NCBI RefSeq assembly: GCF_009834535.1
Contig: NC_045697.1
Coordinates: 8,124,001-8,188,000 of the forward strand
Direction: 5' to 3'
Source: Camelus ferus
Lineage: Eukaryota
Length of the DNA stretch: 64,000 nt
Part shown: positions 14,043 through 26,329 of the stretch, one piece after another
Position numbering within the stretch: position 1 is the stretch's first letter
Layout: each line of letters begins with the position of its first letter
The notes under the pieces: generated by a model
Databases searched by the model: none
Told to the model about the DNA's origin: nothing
The model's input: only the letters and a program-made list of their open reading frames with translations
Made by a program: the position numbers and the translations under genes

Positions 14043-14054
14043 TTTTTTTTTTTT
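13991..14054 (+). repeat. (TTTA)n microsatellite plus poly-T
   Basis: Direct read. Confidence 0.95.
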
Positions 14055-14731
14055 AGTGAAGTGAAGCTCTCTTCCTTTTCCTCCTCAGCCCACAGATATC
14101 TGAAGCCCTCACCAGCTTAAAAGGCAAAGAAGCGATTGGAACTGCATGATTGTCAATCTGGGTCAAAGGATCAAAAGAGACAGAGGAAGTGGAATGGAGT
14201 CTGTGGGGTGGGGGAGTTCAGAGGAGGGGGCTTCGGGGGAGAGAGTCTCCAAGGGAGACTATATTTGCTCGTTTTCTGCAGCCCAGCTGCCCAGAGGAGT
14301 GGGGTTCATTCTCCTTCCTGTCACTGGGGAACTCATCTACATGACAATGACCTTCCTTCTGCCCTGGCAAAGTTTAAGTGTCCCCCAGAAAAGGAATTTG
14401 AAACTTTCTTTTTCCCTTTGTGAAAGCTTGATAATTCCCGGATAAACATCCCTGGGCTACGAACATAACAATGTCTCCATTTCCATTGCTTCGTCATAAT
14501 GACAATGATGATGATGGTGATAATAATAGTAAGACTAACAATCTGCTGATGGTGAATTATTTTCTAATTATTAAACAGAAATAAAAATGAAAAAAACACA
14601 TCACAGAGCTCATAATCTTTAGCAACGATCTGTGTTATGTTCACACTGGATAAATACACATTTTTAGACTTTCAGAATTGACATCACCCCCGCACCCAAT
14701 TAGTCCAGGAAAATTGTTGCTGTTGACTCAA

Positions 14732-14750
14732 TGGTGCCATCTGGTGGTCA
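14732..14750 (-). promoter_or_regulatory. CTCF binding motif
   Basis: Reverse complement TGACCACCAGATGGCACCA closely matches the CTCF core consensus CCACCAG(A/G)(T/G)GGC(A/G)C; lies in unique sequence. Confidence 0.7.
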
Positions 14751-15555
14751 TAAACCATAAATCACCTGAACTGGAGCATTTTTTTAGGTTTTTTTAATCT
14801 CTTAAGTGAGGCTGTGATTCCGCTGAAGTATATAATGTTTATTGAGAATAACTAATATTTATTGAGAGAGTCCTTTAGTGTGTGTCTGATGAGATCACAG
14901 TTACATTCAGTAGTTTCATACATTTAATTTCTACAACAACCCAATGAAATATCCCTTCATTTCTGTTCTATTAGGGGTGGGGAATAGGCTGAGAGAGGAG
15001 AGAAATCTTGCAGAAAGTCTTGCAGCTGGTCCTGTGGAGGTGAGAGTCAGTCTCAGAACTTATAATTCTGCAGCTTCTTCTCCGGTCATACAGCATTACC
15101 GCAATAATACTTGGTTATGTATCTTGCAATGAAACAAGTCATTAAAATTGCCATTTCTGAAAAATAGATACTGAAGTGGGTGTGTTCATTTATTTATTCA
15201 TAAGCTATATATTTGGCACCAACCATATGCTGCCAGCACACCTTATTAAGTCATGTCTTGTTGGAGATAGAAACTAATCTCATAGAATTAGTAAGTTATT
15301 CAGCATCTAACAGCCTAGTAAAGATGACCACGTACAGAACAAAAGCACTCTAAGAAGAGGAAGAGAGATAATCATGACCATTGAGGAAAATTCATGTGGC
15401 AAAACAATCTCTTGAAAATAACCGAACAGTGAATTTAAATTATCTATGCAGCAGGCATGGTTCTCCAATTAGCTGTGTAAAATACTGGAAAGATATGCAA
15501 ATATGTCCCTTACCCGAGCCATTTGGGCATTTGAAACTGCTTTGTTGCAAAGCTG

Positions 15556-15868
15556 TATTAGCCAGGTTAATTAACGCTAACTCGTGCATCAGAGAAGCCC
15601 TGAAGTCCCAGGGACTTAATACAATAAATGTCTGTTTTTCACTTGCATCACAGTTGGATGTGGGTTCAACAACTGCACCAGGAAAGCATGACCCCCCAGG
15701 TTGCTGCAGCAGGGACAGAAAGGGACGGAAGAGGCCTGCCAGGTTTAATGGTCACTTCTACTCTCAGTCCATTGGCCCCAAATGGTCACATGGCCCAACC
15801 TAACCACAAGGCAGGCTGGGAATGAGAGGAGCAGATGGAGATGCAGGAAGCTTAATCATCTCTGCCAA
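15556..15868 (-). mobile_element. Old MLT1 LTR (J/K-like)
   Basis: tgtattagccagg...ccattggccccaaatggtcacatggcccaacctaaccacaaggcaggctgggaa...tctctgcca. Confidence 0.7.
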
Positions 15869-18802
15869 GAACAACATGAATGACAGTTGACCTATGAATT
15901 TTTATGAATGGAAAAAAAAAAAGAAACTCAACTTACTGGAAGGCATTTGTGAGACAAATAATTCTCTGAAGACACTGGCAAAGTCACTTTGAAAGTCAAC
16001 CAACGGAAAGAAAGGAATAATGTCTTACTGGGAAAGACGAGTTGTGAGTGGCGGTTTTCCATTTGTATCCATGCTTCCTTTGACGCACCAGATTGTGCTG
16101 CGCCCATCAGCAGAAGAAAGATGTAGCACAAGGTGCTGTTAGACGGTAACTGCCTGGCTGTTATTTTTGAGATCAAATACTCGTGTATATTACTTTCATC
16201 GATGGTTTTCTTCACTAGGGTTTACCACTTTGTGGCACTTGTTACGACAGTATTCCCCAGTACGTCACATTTAAATTGAGTCGAGTGGTTTGTGGTTAAG
16301 TGAAAGCGGCAAGGTAGGTTTTATTCCTCACTCTCCCATACTTGCGGAGATCAGAGAGAGACAGATATTTCGTGCATGACAATGTCCCAGCATTTATCAG
16401 CAGTGGACAAATTCTGATTCTTTAATTTTGCGAGTGGTTGTTTCTAAAGCCACATGACTTGTCTCGCCCTCACTTTCTATGTAGCCCTCACAAATCTGCA
16501 ATCCCCTTTAGCCTAAAGCAAAAGAACAGATGGAATCAAATGACATTCCAGCCTGCAATAAAAAGAGACAGAACTGCAGCTGGAAAAGGATCAGGGAGTC
16601 CAAGTGACAACATGAGTGAGGGGGATAGATGGACTCCTGGGTAGAGAGAGCCTGAGGACCTGGGAGAAGGTGGCCCCCTGCACAGCCGCAAAGGTTCCAG
16701 GTGAAGCCCACCATGGTTTACGTTGTTGATTCTTCTGGGCGCCCGCTAGCCAAGCTGTGTGTTTGCTTGCTTTTGAATTTTGGTGCTGATGGTGGCGCTC
16801 TCCAGTAACTGCCAAGGCTCCTTAGTCTTTCCAAAATTAAACGCACAGCACGAGGCTTACAGAAATAGCATAAATTGACAGCAACCAAATGGCCTTATGC
16901 TATGCTGTGTAGCTGCTGTCAAGGTCTGAACGTGCTTCCCTGCGTGCAGCCCTCACTGTGGCGCTTTAAGGCAAGAGGAATAGATGCCACTGAGCCCGAT
17001 TTCATAGACACTGAGGATTAACAGTAAGCAGAGTGTGGAAAGTAGTCGGACTGGTTGAACCAGTAAAAGAATCCAAGTCAGCCGACATCCCCTTTCCACA
17101 CTGGCTTACCTGAGGGTCTAAAATATGTGCGAGAGGACACTGGTTTCTAAGATCTTGGTGTGGAAGTCCAGGCACTATTTCAAAGCATCTTAGTCTCCAC
17201 CTTTGAAAACTTTTATTATTAATGGGAGATACCAGAGTAGATTTGCTAGTGAAAAAAAAAAAACGGTTTGTATTTACTTGATAAGACATTACAACGCTAT
17301 TAAAATTAATCAACATAAATACTGGCTCATGGCATATAAATATGCTCGTGACAGTAGGTGAAATGGTAAGTGAAAAAAAAATCAGGACACAAAATTACAA
17401 GGTTACTATGCACAGACCTGTGAAACAGGACGTATGCGATGAAATGGTAGGAAGAATGTCACAATGAACACAATGAACACCGTGATCGTGTTAAAGCGAT
17501 CGGAGGGGAATGCTTTCCCTTCTTCCTTTCTTCCTCCAACACCAACGCTTTATAACCTTTACAATAGCTTTTAGAATAATATCATCATTAGTATCAATAA
17601 ATGTTAACACATAATCCTATATTATCTTATATTAATATAGAACATAATACAGAAATTATTATTGTTGGTGTTGTTACAGTGGGAGACACCCAATTTCCCT
17701 TTGTGGCTGACTGGAAGTGTGGGGGGGCTGCCAATCTGGCTGTCATTGTGGGCCGTGATTCAAAGCACTCAGTCAGAATGTAGGTCTTATTAAAGTCATT
17801 ATATAGATGACATTATGTGTGTGTATATATATATGTATATATTGATATCTATTTTTCACTTAAAGATTTGAGTTTAGAGGATGACATCCTCAATATGGCG
17901 TTGAGACATTTCCCTAGCTTCTCCAATGCCTTTTGCTGACAATCCAGAAGCTAGGGTACAGATAAGAACATGCAGAAGAGCAGGTGGCATCAGACACTGC
18001 CCTCATCCCCCTTCCTCCAGCTCTTCTCTGTTTCCCCCTGGGGAACGGGAGAGCAAAGCCAGTAGTAATGATCAGCTGAGGCTGGGGACGATTTCATCAG
18101 TTCCACGTGGTGTTCAGCAAAACGCTAAACAGGCAGACCAGGCAGCGCTGTTTTGAAGGCGATAAAATGCCCATTAAGTACCTGGACCCCCCAGTTTTGC
18201 TGATTTGGGTGATGAATTTGCAGACCCAGTCCAGAAATAGTGAGTTAGTTGACGCTGACGTGGGGATGTTGCCAGAATCGCTTCCAGAATAATTCCTCTA
18301 CGTTTGGGGTCTGGGTGGGGTGAGGTGGGGGGTGGGGTAGGGGATCTATTTGCAGCTGCATTTCCCGAAGACAGCTCCTGTCCCGAAGTGCCACATACAG
18401 AGACGGGAAATGAGAAAATAGAAACCACAAAAATCCAGGTGCTTCAGATTCGTGCTTTGTCAGAAGGAAAAGGAAGTCCAGGAGAAGGGAGGGAAGGAAA
18501 GAAATAAGTGAGAAAATTCCTAAAGCCCAAGTGTCAGAATTTTTCGGCAATATTTCAAGACACCCTTATTTAAAACTGTTGTCTCCAAATATCCCAGCCT
18601 GGGGAGCAGTGCTTCCTGTCGCCATGCCGATAACTTTAATTAACAAAAGTAGGTGAAAATAGTGCACGAAAAGTGTGACCATCCAGAGGGCAAAATAAGG
18701 GAAAGCAATCATTTCAACTAAACGGATTTTAGGCCGGCAAGAAGACACAGGCTGCTGACTCATGACTCTATTGTAATTGCGGAAATGTCAACATTGGCCG
18801 AT

Positions 18803-18965
18803 GTTTTTCTAATTGAAGTATAGTTAACTTACAATGTTGCATTAATTTCTGATGTACAACATAGTGATTCAGTTAAACATTTTTTATATCATTTGTCATT
18901 ATAGGTACTACAAGGTACTGAATATAGTTCCCTGTGCTATATAGTAGGACCTTGTTGTTTATTTT
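18803..18965 (-). mobile_element. Young L1 3' end
   Basis: aattgaagtatagttaacttacaatg...gaatatagttccctgtgctatatagtagg. Confidence 0.85.
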
Positions 18966-19074
18966 GTATGAAGAATTTTGTATAACATTGTCTGATTGAT
19001 CGATTAATTTGTACATTCTTTTAAGAAACAGGGAGCAACAGCATTCTGCCAGACACCAAGCTGAGTGTTTAAGA

Positions 19075-19238
19075 ATCTTGCTACTGAAGTGTGGTCCATG
19101 AACCCGCAGAACTGATGTCAGCTGGGAGCTGGTTAGAACAGCACACTTGGAAGCCCCCCTCCAGACTTGACGAGTCCAAGCCCGTATTTTAGCAAAATGC
19201 CGTTTTTTGTGCACACATCAAACTTTGAGAAACGCAGC
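19075..19238. mobile_element. MER5A hAT-Charlie MITE
   Basis: ctactgaagtgtggtcc...ctgggagctggttagaa...gcacacatcaaactttgagaaac. Confidence 0.8.
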
Positions 19239-21319
19239 GTTAAACCAGGGCTTGGAATCCAGCAAGCTCCCCATCTACATGTTGTGTGGTTCCTGCCTAC
19301 TTCCAGATGCTTCTGTTATTGGCTCCCAAGCCTGGCACATGGAGGACCACTACCTCTCAGTTCCTGAGACAAAGATGACCATCCATTTTCAACCTGTGAG
19401 CCCTTTGTGAGCCTCGGTTCCTTCATCTGAAGCCATTGCTGAAAACTCAAGCCCTTCTGGTATTTCTGAGACTTAACATGAAACAATATTTATACAGCGC
19501 GGATCGGAGGGACACCTGTCTCTCTCCCCCGCAGCTCCTCACCCCATCCACACTTGCACCTGTCACTCTTGAGGGAACACACACTCTCACTTCCTTTTCA
19601 GACTTTCTGGACCATCTCCCCCTCCACCACTCATTTTAGGTTTTGGTATCAAGGTCTTTAGCAGCCTAGAGCCTGAGGGCAGGGCTGTGCTGATTTGCCC
19701 AGGAAGCCAAGGTGAATGCGGGTATCTGGCCGCCCATTTGGCTGAGAACTTGGTCAAGATACGCCACCTCTCCGTGCCTTTGTGCCTTTACTTAATTAAT
19801 AGTAGTTATTTTTATCACTGCACCATACCGTTCAGTTTCCTTTGTAGCTCTGTCATTCTTTCTTCCATCACCTTAATCTATCCTTAAATCCATTTTAATT
19901 TCTTTGCGCTCTTCCTGTGTGTGTTTCCCATCATCCACTGATGCAATATTGTTTTATCACCTAATTGTGCGACGGGCATCGGGTTCTGCTTTGTAGTTTT
20001 GTGGGTGAGCACACACACATATCCTTGAAAATAGTCATATATTTATGAACTATTTACACATATCATGAAGTATTCTTATTTGAAATAATTTGATCACCAC
20101 CAAGGGGAACTAATAAAAAAAGTGATTACTTGGCATTTTAAATAACCGAAGTGTAGAAAGCCACTAAAGCAGCCAGCAGAGGGCAGAGCGCCCCAACAAA
20201 AGGGGACGCCACCTCTCCCAGCCCTGACCCTCCCTCGTTAGGATGCTGTTGCCTGGTTCCTGCTGTCAGGACAAAGCACTCTCAAGCGGCTCCTTGGGAT
20301 CCTGGGAACACCCTGAGAGGACTCCGGAGCAGGGGCGGTCCTCGGGGTCTCCTAACTGCCTGCCCATCCTCCGAGGGCCGGTACACCGGTTCGGAGCTCG
20401 ACTCAGCACAGACTTGGATGAGGATCCTAACACGCCCACTGACTGAAACGTGGCCCAAGGCTATTTCACACCCCAAGCTTCAGTTTCGCCCTCGGTAAAG
20501 TGGGGACGGCCCTGCCGCACACCTTGGTACCTTAGTTACCCGGAGGCTATCAAGAGGATTCAAACACAATATAGCCAGCAAATAATCCATCAGATTATCA
20601 AGCGCAGGACTATGGGATAACCCTCGCTGCCTTTCTCCTCGTAACGAAGAGTAGGCAAATAAATTCGCCCTCTTTGTAGGCAATTGAGTGATTCGGTCTT
20701 AGAAAAGAAGGGGGCAAGCAGACAACACTGATAGAAGTTCTCCCGACGCCAGGCTCTGTACCGGCCACGCACGGCCATCACCTTTTTTAATCCCCACAAA
20801 AAGCCACGAGGTAAGAACTAGTTTCATTTTATACACAGGAAAACTGAGACTCAGGAAAACTGAGACTCAGGTCACTTGGCCCGAGATATAAACTTAACAA
20901 GCACTTTGAAATGTGACTCAAGTCTCAGAATGTCAGATCTGAGAGCCCACGGTCTTCCCACGCCACCAAAACTACAGCAGCAGCGGAACAGCCTGTCGAA
21001 GGACTGACTCCGATCATTCATTTTCCTCACCCAAAGTCTTTCATTGGGTAATTGAGTGGACCACTCATCCATTCATTTCTGAATATTTACTGAACAGCTT
21101 TATAGCTGCTGTATTTTTGCTAGATGTCAAGATACCAGAAATTAATAATAATACATGGTCTTTGTACTCAAGGAGCTAAATTTAGTGAGGTGATAGATGT
21201 CAACAGTGGTTAGGCCAGCAAAAAGGATAGAATATGTCGATAATTACAATAATATGGCAGGCAATATAAAACACGAGTTACTGTTTTTGAGGGGTGGGAC
21301 AGCCATGCGGGTGGGCCAC

Positions 21320-21700
21320 AAAGATCTCTTTTTAAGACAGAAGTTGCCGTGAGGAGTACCATTTGCTGACAGCCTCCAGCTGCCACAACTTCGGGGTCAC
21401 CCATGATGTTCAGAGCAAGGTCACACTCTCCTGCGGGGTGCTGGGCCGGGCACTCCTGCTGAGTGCGCGACTGCTCTTATGGGCAGGGTGGGCTCGAGAC
21501 TCCCCTTCAGTCTGAAGCTCTTGCTTCCCAAGGGGAAAGCCCTTCCTTTTCAGTGCAAGTGTCAGACCTGCACTGTAACCTGAAGATCCTCAGCTTTCTC
21601 CTGTTCCTTCTCCCCTGACTCCTCATCAATCTTGCCTCCAATGAATATCATGCACATTGAATTCCATCATCGTGTCTGCTTCTCAGAGCGCCTGGCACGA
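21320..21700 (+). mobile_element. LTR16-like ERVL LTR
   Basis: gctgacagcctccagctgcc...gcacattgaattccatcatcgtgtctgcttctcagag. Confidence 0.6.
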
Positions 21701-23559
21701 AGGGGGACTGGCCAAATGTCCTTGGGGAAAGCCAAAGAAATTGTTACAGGGAGTGCTTGAGCTTAAACTGTAGGACTTCAGAACTAAAGTCCCTTCTAGC
21801 CCATATGGTCGGCACACAGTAACTCTCCCTTTTACAACTAAACTGTCAGTTTCTGGAGGTCTGAGGCTATCCATCTATCATCTATCTATCTGTCTATCTA
21901 TCTATTTATCTATCATCCACATCCTCGAGTGTATGCTGGTTGTTCAATATACGTCTCTTGAGTAAAGAAGTGGCAGATCTCAATGTCTACAGCAATGACA
22001 CACCAAGCTTTTCAGCCTCCAGCCCTGTTCCTGCATCTCTACCTCATACCCCTTCTCCACTCGTTTTCAAGACCCACCCTATGGCCACATCTCCAAAGAG
22101 CATGCCAAATGAGACCTCTTCCTTTAATCTTCGCAATGTTGGGTTTGGACCAGCTTTGGCCATGCATTTTACTCTGTCCTACAGTATGCTTTTCAGTGCA
22201 TATGTGTCTACATCATAAATCAATCCTAGAGTCACTTTTAGGAGAAGCAGCCATGCCCCAGCTCCAGCTGGGAGTGGAGGAACTGTAGGCAAGGAGACAG
22301 GGAAGGAGACCCAGCCTATATATCACATCAACAAGACCAGTGTCGTTTGAAAAAGGGGGTTAGACCAGGGGAAGTCCCCCACGACCCACCACGACGAGCC
22401 GGCCGGTGGCTGATCAGGAGGCCTGGCAGTTAAAGCTCTGCTCAAGCAAGGTCAGACCAGGTCAATCATGTTATCCAGTGTATCATCTCAACCAGGAATC
22501 TGAAACAGGAAAAGCAAAAAATTGGGAGCTGGCAGCAGTGATATTTCCACCAAATTATGAAAGGCTAGAGAGAATAAGTCACGCGGGGCCACAGATGCAC
22601 TGAAATTAGGAGATCACTAAATCTCTGAATAAGAAACTATGAAAAGCAAAAATCTGTTTAATCAGAAATTTTAGAGTGGCTAAGCAGGTAACAACGTGGG
22701 CCCCGAACTCAGACGCCTCGGTTTAAATTCCGGGCTTCACTCTTGACCAGCTTTATGACCTTGGCAAACTGTAAGCCTGTCTACTTCAGCTCCCTCATCT
22801 GTAAAAGGGATAGGGCAGCTTCCCCTCAGTGGCTCTTACTGGCCAATACTGATGGATGCATCTCATCCCCAGTTCAGCTTAACTGGGAGAGGAATTAGCA
22901 CAGGGGAATCATTTGGGTCAAACTAGGAGAAGAGTTTGACTCTGGGGGGAGGACCCTCCTTACCACCAGCCGTAAATTCTCCAGGGGCAGCGGCAGCGTC
23001 TTAACACCAAGGAGGGACTCTGTCTCAGAAAGAAGCCGGTGAAAGGAGGACAGAGCCAAGTGAAGGGCAGGGAGAGCCAAGTCCTGGGCCAAGTGCATCT
23101 GCAGTCAGCCCTGCATACAGGCTCCCCCATTACGTCAGCCAGTGCGATTTTCCCTGTAGGTGAGCGGGCTGGGTTTCCTGTCTCTTGCACGTTCTCTTGC
23201 CTCTTCAGAGTTTTGACCAGCGCAGCCAGTTGGTAGGGCTCTCTGCATCCCAGATGGCTTCCCGTGGCCAGTTTTGAGGAGTTTTCTTATTCCCTGTAGG
23301 AGTCTCTTCTCTCCAATTTCCTCTTGGACGTTTTCTATAAAACCCCATTATATTCTTGAATGAGTCTCTGATTCTTACCTGCAAAGGTGCCCGATCAGCC
23401 CATTGACTTGCATTGGCCTGTTCTCCCCACTGCATTAGGAGAAGTGCTATGAATGATGTATCTTTTAATTCCTTCCCACGGAGGGTTTCTAAATCAGGGG
23501 ACCGATCACAGTGACTTGAGGAGTTTTCTAACAGCAAACTCCTGTGCAGGACCACCTTC

Positions 23560-23726
23560 ACGGCAGTGTCTTCCATGCAGCCTCACAGAGCCCCAGAAGG
23601 GGCTCAGAAGGGCCCCGCATTTGGTTTAATGTTCTGATGCCATCACCTCAAACTTCTTAATAACTTTCCAAGGGGGGCCCATGACCATTTTGCTCTGGGC
23701 CCTACAAATGATGTGATTGGTCCAGC
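23560..23726 (+). mobile_element. MER53 hAT DNA transposon
   Basis: gctcagaagggccccgcatttggtttaatg...cattttgctctgggccctacaaat. Confidence 0.75.
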
Positions 23727-25119
23727 TATGGGTCCTCGGATTTAAGGTTCTGATTAAGAAGCTCTGTGGTCAGCCTGAGGAATCAGCATCTTTCGTGTAA
23801 TAACTGTCATGGGATCTAACATACAGCGCAACCTCAATCTGTACCTGTTTAAATAAATTTAAAAGTTTAAAATATATTGATTTGTTTAAGTTTGCTCAAG
23901 GGAGACATCATTCTCATGAGCAGAGTTAGCCCTTGAAAAACCTCATCGATTCAGAGATTCTGGGAGATAGAAGGGCCTTTAAGGATGCCTGTTCCAGCTG
24001 TTTCTCCATGTAGGCTGCACATTTCAGAGCCCCCTGGAGCAAGTCAAAAACTACTGAAGCTCACAGCCAAGGCCAGCTTCCAAATGTTTGAATTTGACTG
24101 ATCTTCTTAAAAGCCCTTAGGGGATTCTAATGTGATCCCGGGTTGAAGATCCCTGATGTAGGCTAATACTTTCATTTTACAATCAAGGAAATAAGGATTT
24201 GAGAAAGGAAGTGGCATATTCAAGGCAGTACCAAGCACCATGGGCAGATCAACAGTAATTATCAGCTACGGCCTATCAGCGAATGGCGAATCAGAAAGTA
24301 GACTTCAAAATCTTCTCTACCTTTTCCTTCCAGAAACCTGTGATCAGAACTGGCATCCTGTCCATTGTGACCCAGCCCGTCTCGCTCCCGGAGTGAGTCT
24401 GGTAAATATCGGTCACTGATTATGTTCTGTTTCCCACTCTCATTTACTGTAAGAAAATTATTAGGGCAGAGGCATTTCCTACCATTTGACACTAAGACAG
24501 ACCCTGTTTTAAATGATGGATTAGAGCAAAAACGATAAATGGACCAGTGATTCCGAGGGTTGTGAAAAATGAAGTGCACAGAAAGAAGGCTGTGATGCAG
24601 GAAGACATCCCTGTGATCCTCTCTTGATAAACACAGCTGAGCTGAACGAGGGCTCTGTCCACACCAGCGTCTGTTCCTCCAGGCTTGGCTTCAGCCTCAA
24701 GGTAGGTCATGAAAGGTCACTTCAGCTTCCCTAGTGGCCAAAGCGAGGCACCTAGAGCTTGAAGGTCACAGGTGCAGCACTGAAGAGAAATCAAAACAAA
24801 TAGCTAACAGGTCAGCTTTTGTCTCCTAAGCCTTTCTTGTGTGAGTTTACAGAAAGCCAGGAACAGAAAGTCTCACAGAGGAGAGAGCACTCACTTCCCT
24901 CATTGTAGTCACCAGGCTGTGCTATAACCACGAATTCACATCTCTGCTGTTCTCGCTAAAATTCCAGGGCCTCTCAGATTGGGCTGCCCGAGTATGTGCA
25001 GTGTCAGCAAAGACACAGAAGGGACTCAGCAAACGTTTGTTGAATTTATGCACCCGTCGATTTACATATGTATATTATCTCTGTGTGATAATGTTAAATG
25101 TCCCTTTTGAATGCTATCT

Positions 25120-25310
25120 AAGTTTAATAGACTTTATTTTTTAGAGCAGTGGTAAGGTCACAGGAAAATTGGGCAAGCAGTACTGAGAGTTCTCATCTGC
25201 CCCCTGCCCCCAACACATGGCCTCCAGACCATCCACATCGCCCACCAGCATGGTCCGTTTTCTCCAGCTTTCTACATTGACACATCACGATCACCCAAAG
25301 TCCACAGTTT
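25120..25310 (-). mobile_element. L1MC/MD-type 3' end fragment
   Basis: aatagactttattttttagagcag...acattgacacatcacgatcacccaaagtccacagttt. Confidence 0.75.
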
Positions 25311-26329
25311 CCCCAACATGAACAGTATAATAATAGCAAATAGAACGCTTATAGCTCCAAGCCAGGCACTGTTAAAATGATTGACACTCATTTGTCACCA
25401 CAAAGCCTGGCTCCTGAGGGCTTCCTCGCTATTGAATGTGCAAGGCAGTGAGCCTAGTCTTCAGAGTCCTTCCTGATGATACAGGTGTCACCCCCCAGGG
25501 GCGGACTGGACAAAAGTAAGGAGAAGACAGGGAAAGAAGCTTCACAGTATAGCAGCTTGTGGTTCAAAGCCTGACAGTTAAGTCTCAGGGAGAATCTTTT
25601 AGTCAATCAATTAATCCAGCTGGGATTTAAATAAATGAAATAAGAATAACTTAAATGAGATTATGGATATAAAACCTGGGCATAACCTGTCCACTCCCTC
25701 CTCCTTTCCCTAGTAAGACAGCCATGAAAGTCATCTTTCTTGACTAGAAATCCAGCACACCAGTGCTCCAGGCCCTTCCGGACATAACTCTTAGGTTTCA
25801 ATTCAAAAAAGCAGGCTGACCACTGAGCTGACCATGGGCAGCCCCACTTCAGAGACGGACCTGGCTGACAGAGAAAATAAACTGGGCGAGGAGTCGGCTC
25901 AAAGGCAGTTTTATAAATCAGATCTTTGCTAACAGCCAGAGGAAAAGAGCAAATCTTTCTCCCTCCTTCCCAAACTCTGGGAAATACGGTATATTTTCCG
26001 AAGTCAAGTGCTCGGGGTTCTCTATTGCTTTAAGAAGCAGGCGGCTGGGGGGGAAGGGGCCTTGGGGGAGCTGCAGAGAGGAGAGATCTGTGACACATTG
26101 TTCTGCTAAGAAGCTGGAAGAGGACAGAGGTGTGTGGTCCTGCGAAGCAGAGGCCAGGCTGATGCCTCCCTCCCCCCGAAACTCATTTATCACCTTGATG
26201 GTTTCAGCTCATTTGCAGCCAAGTTATTGTCACCCTTAAAATAATGTGGCTTGACAGGGGAAAAAAAAAAATGAAATCCTTGTGAAAAGTTACATAGTCA
26301 TCACACTCTGGAGTCAAAATATAGACTCG

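Noticed and set aside
20837..20871. Short tandem duplications (caggaaaactgagact x2; also 11636-11680)
   Set aside because: Two-copy slippage duplications within repeats; not a CRISPR-like or functional array
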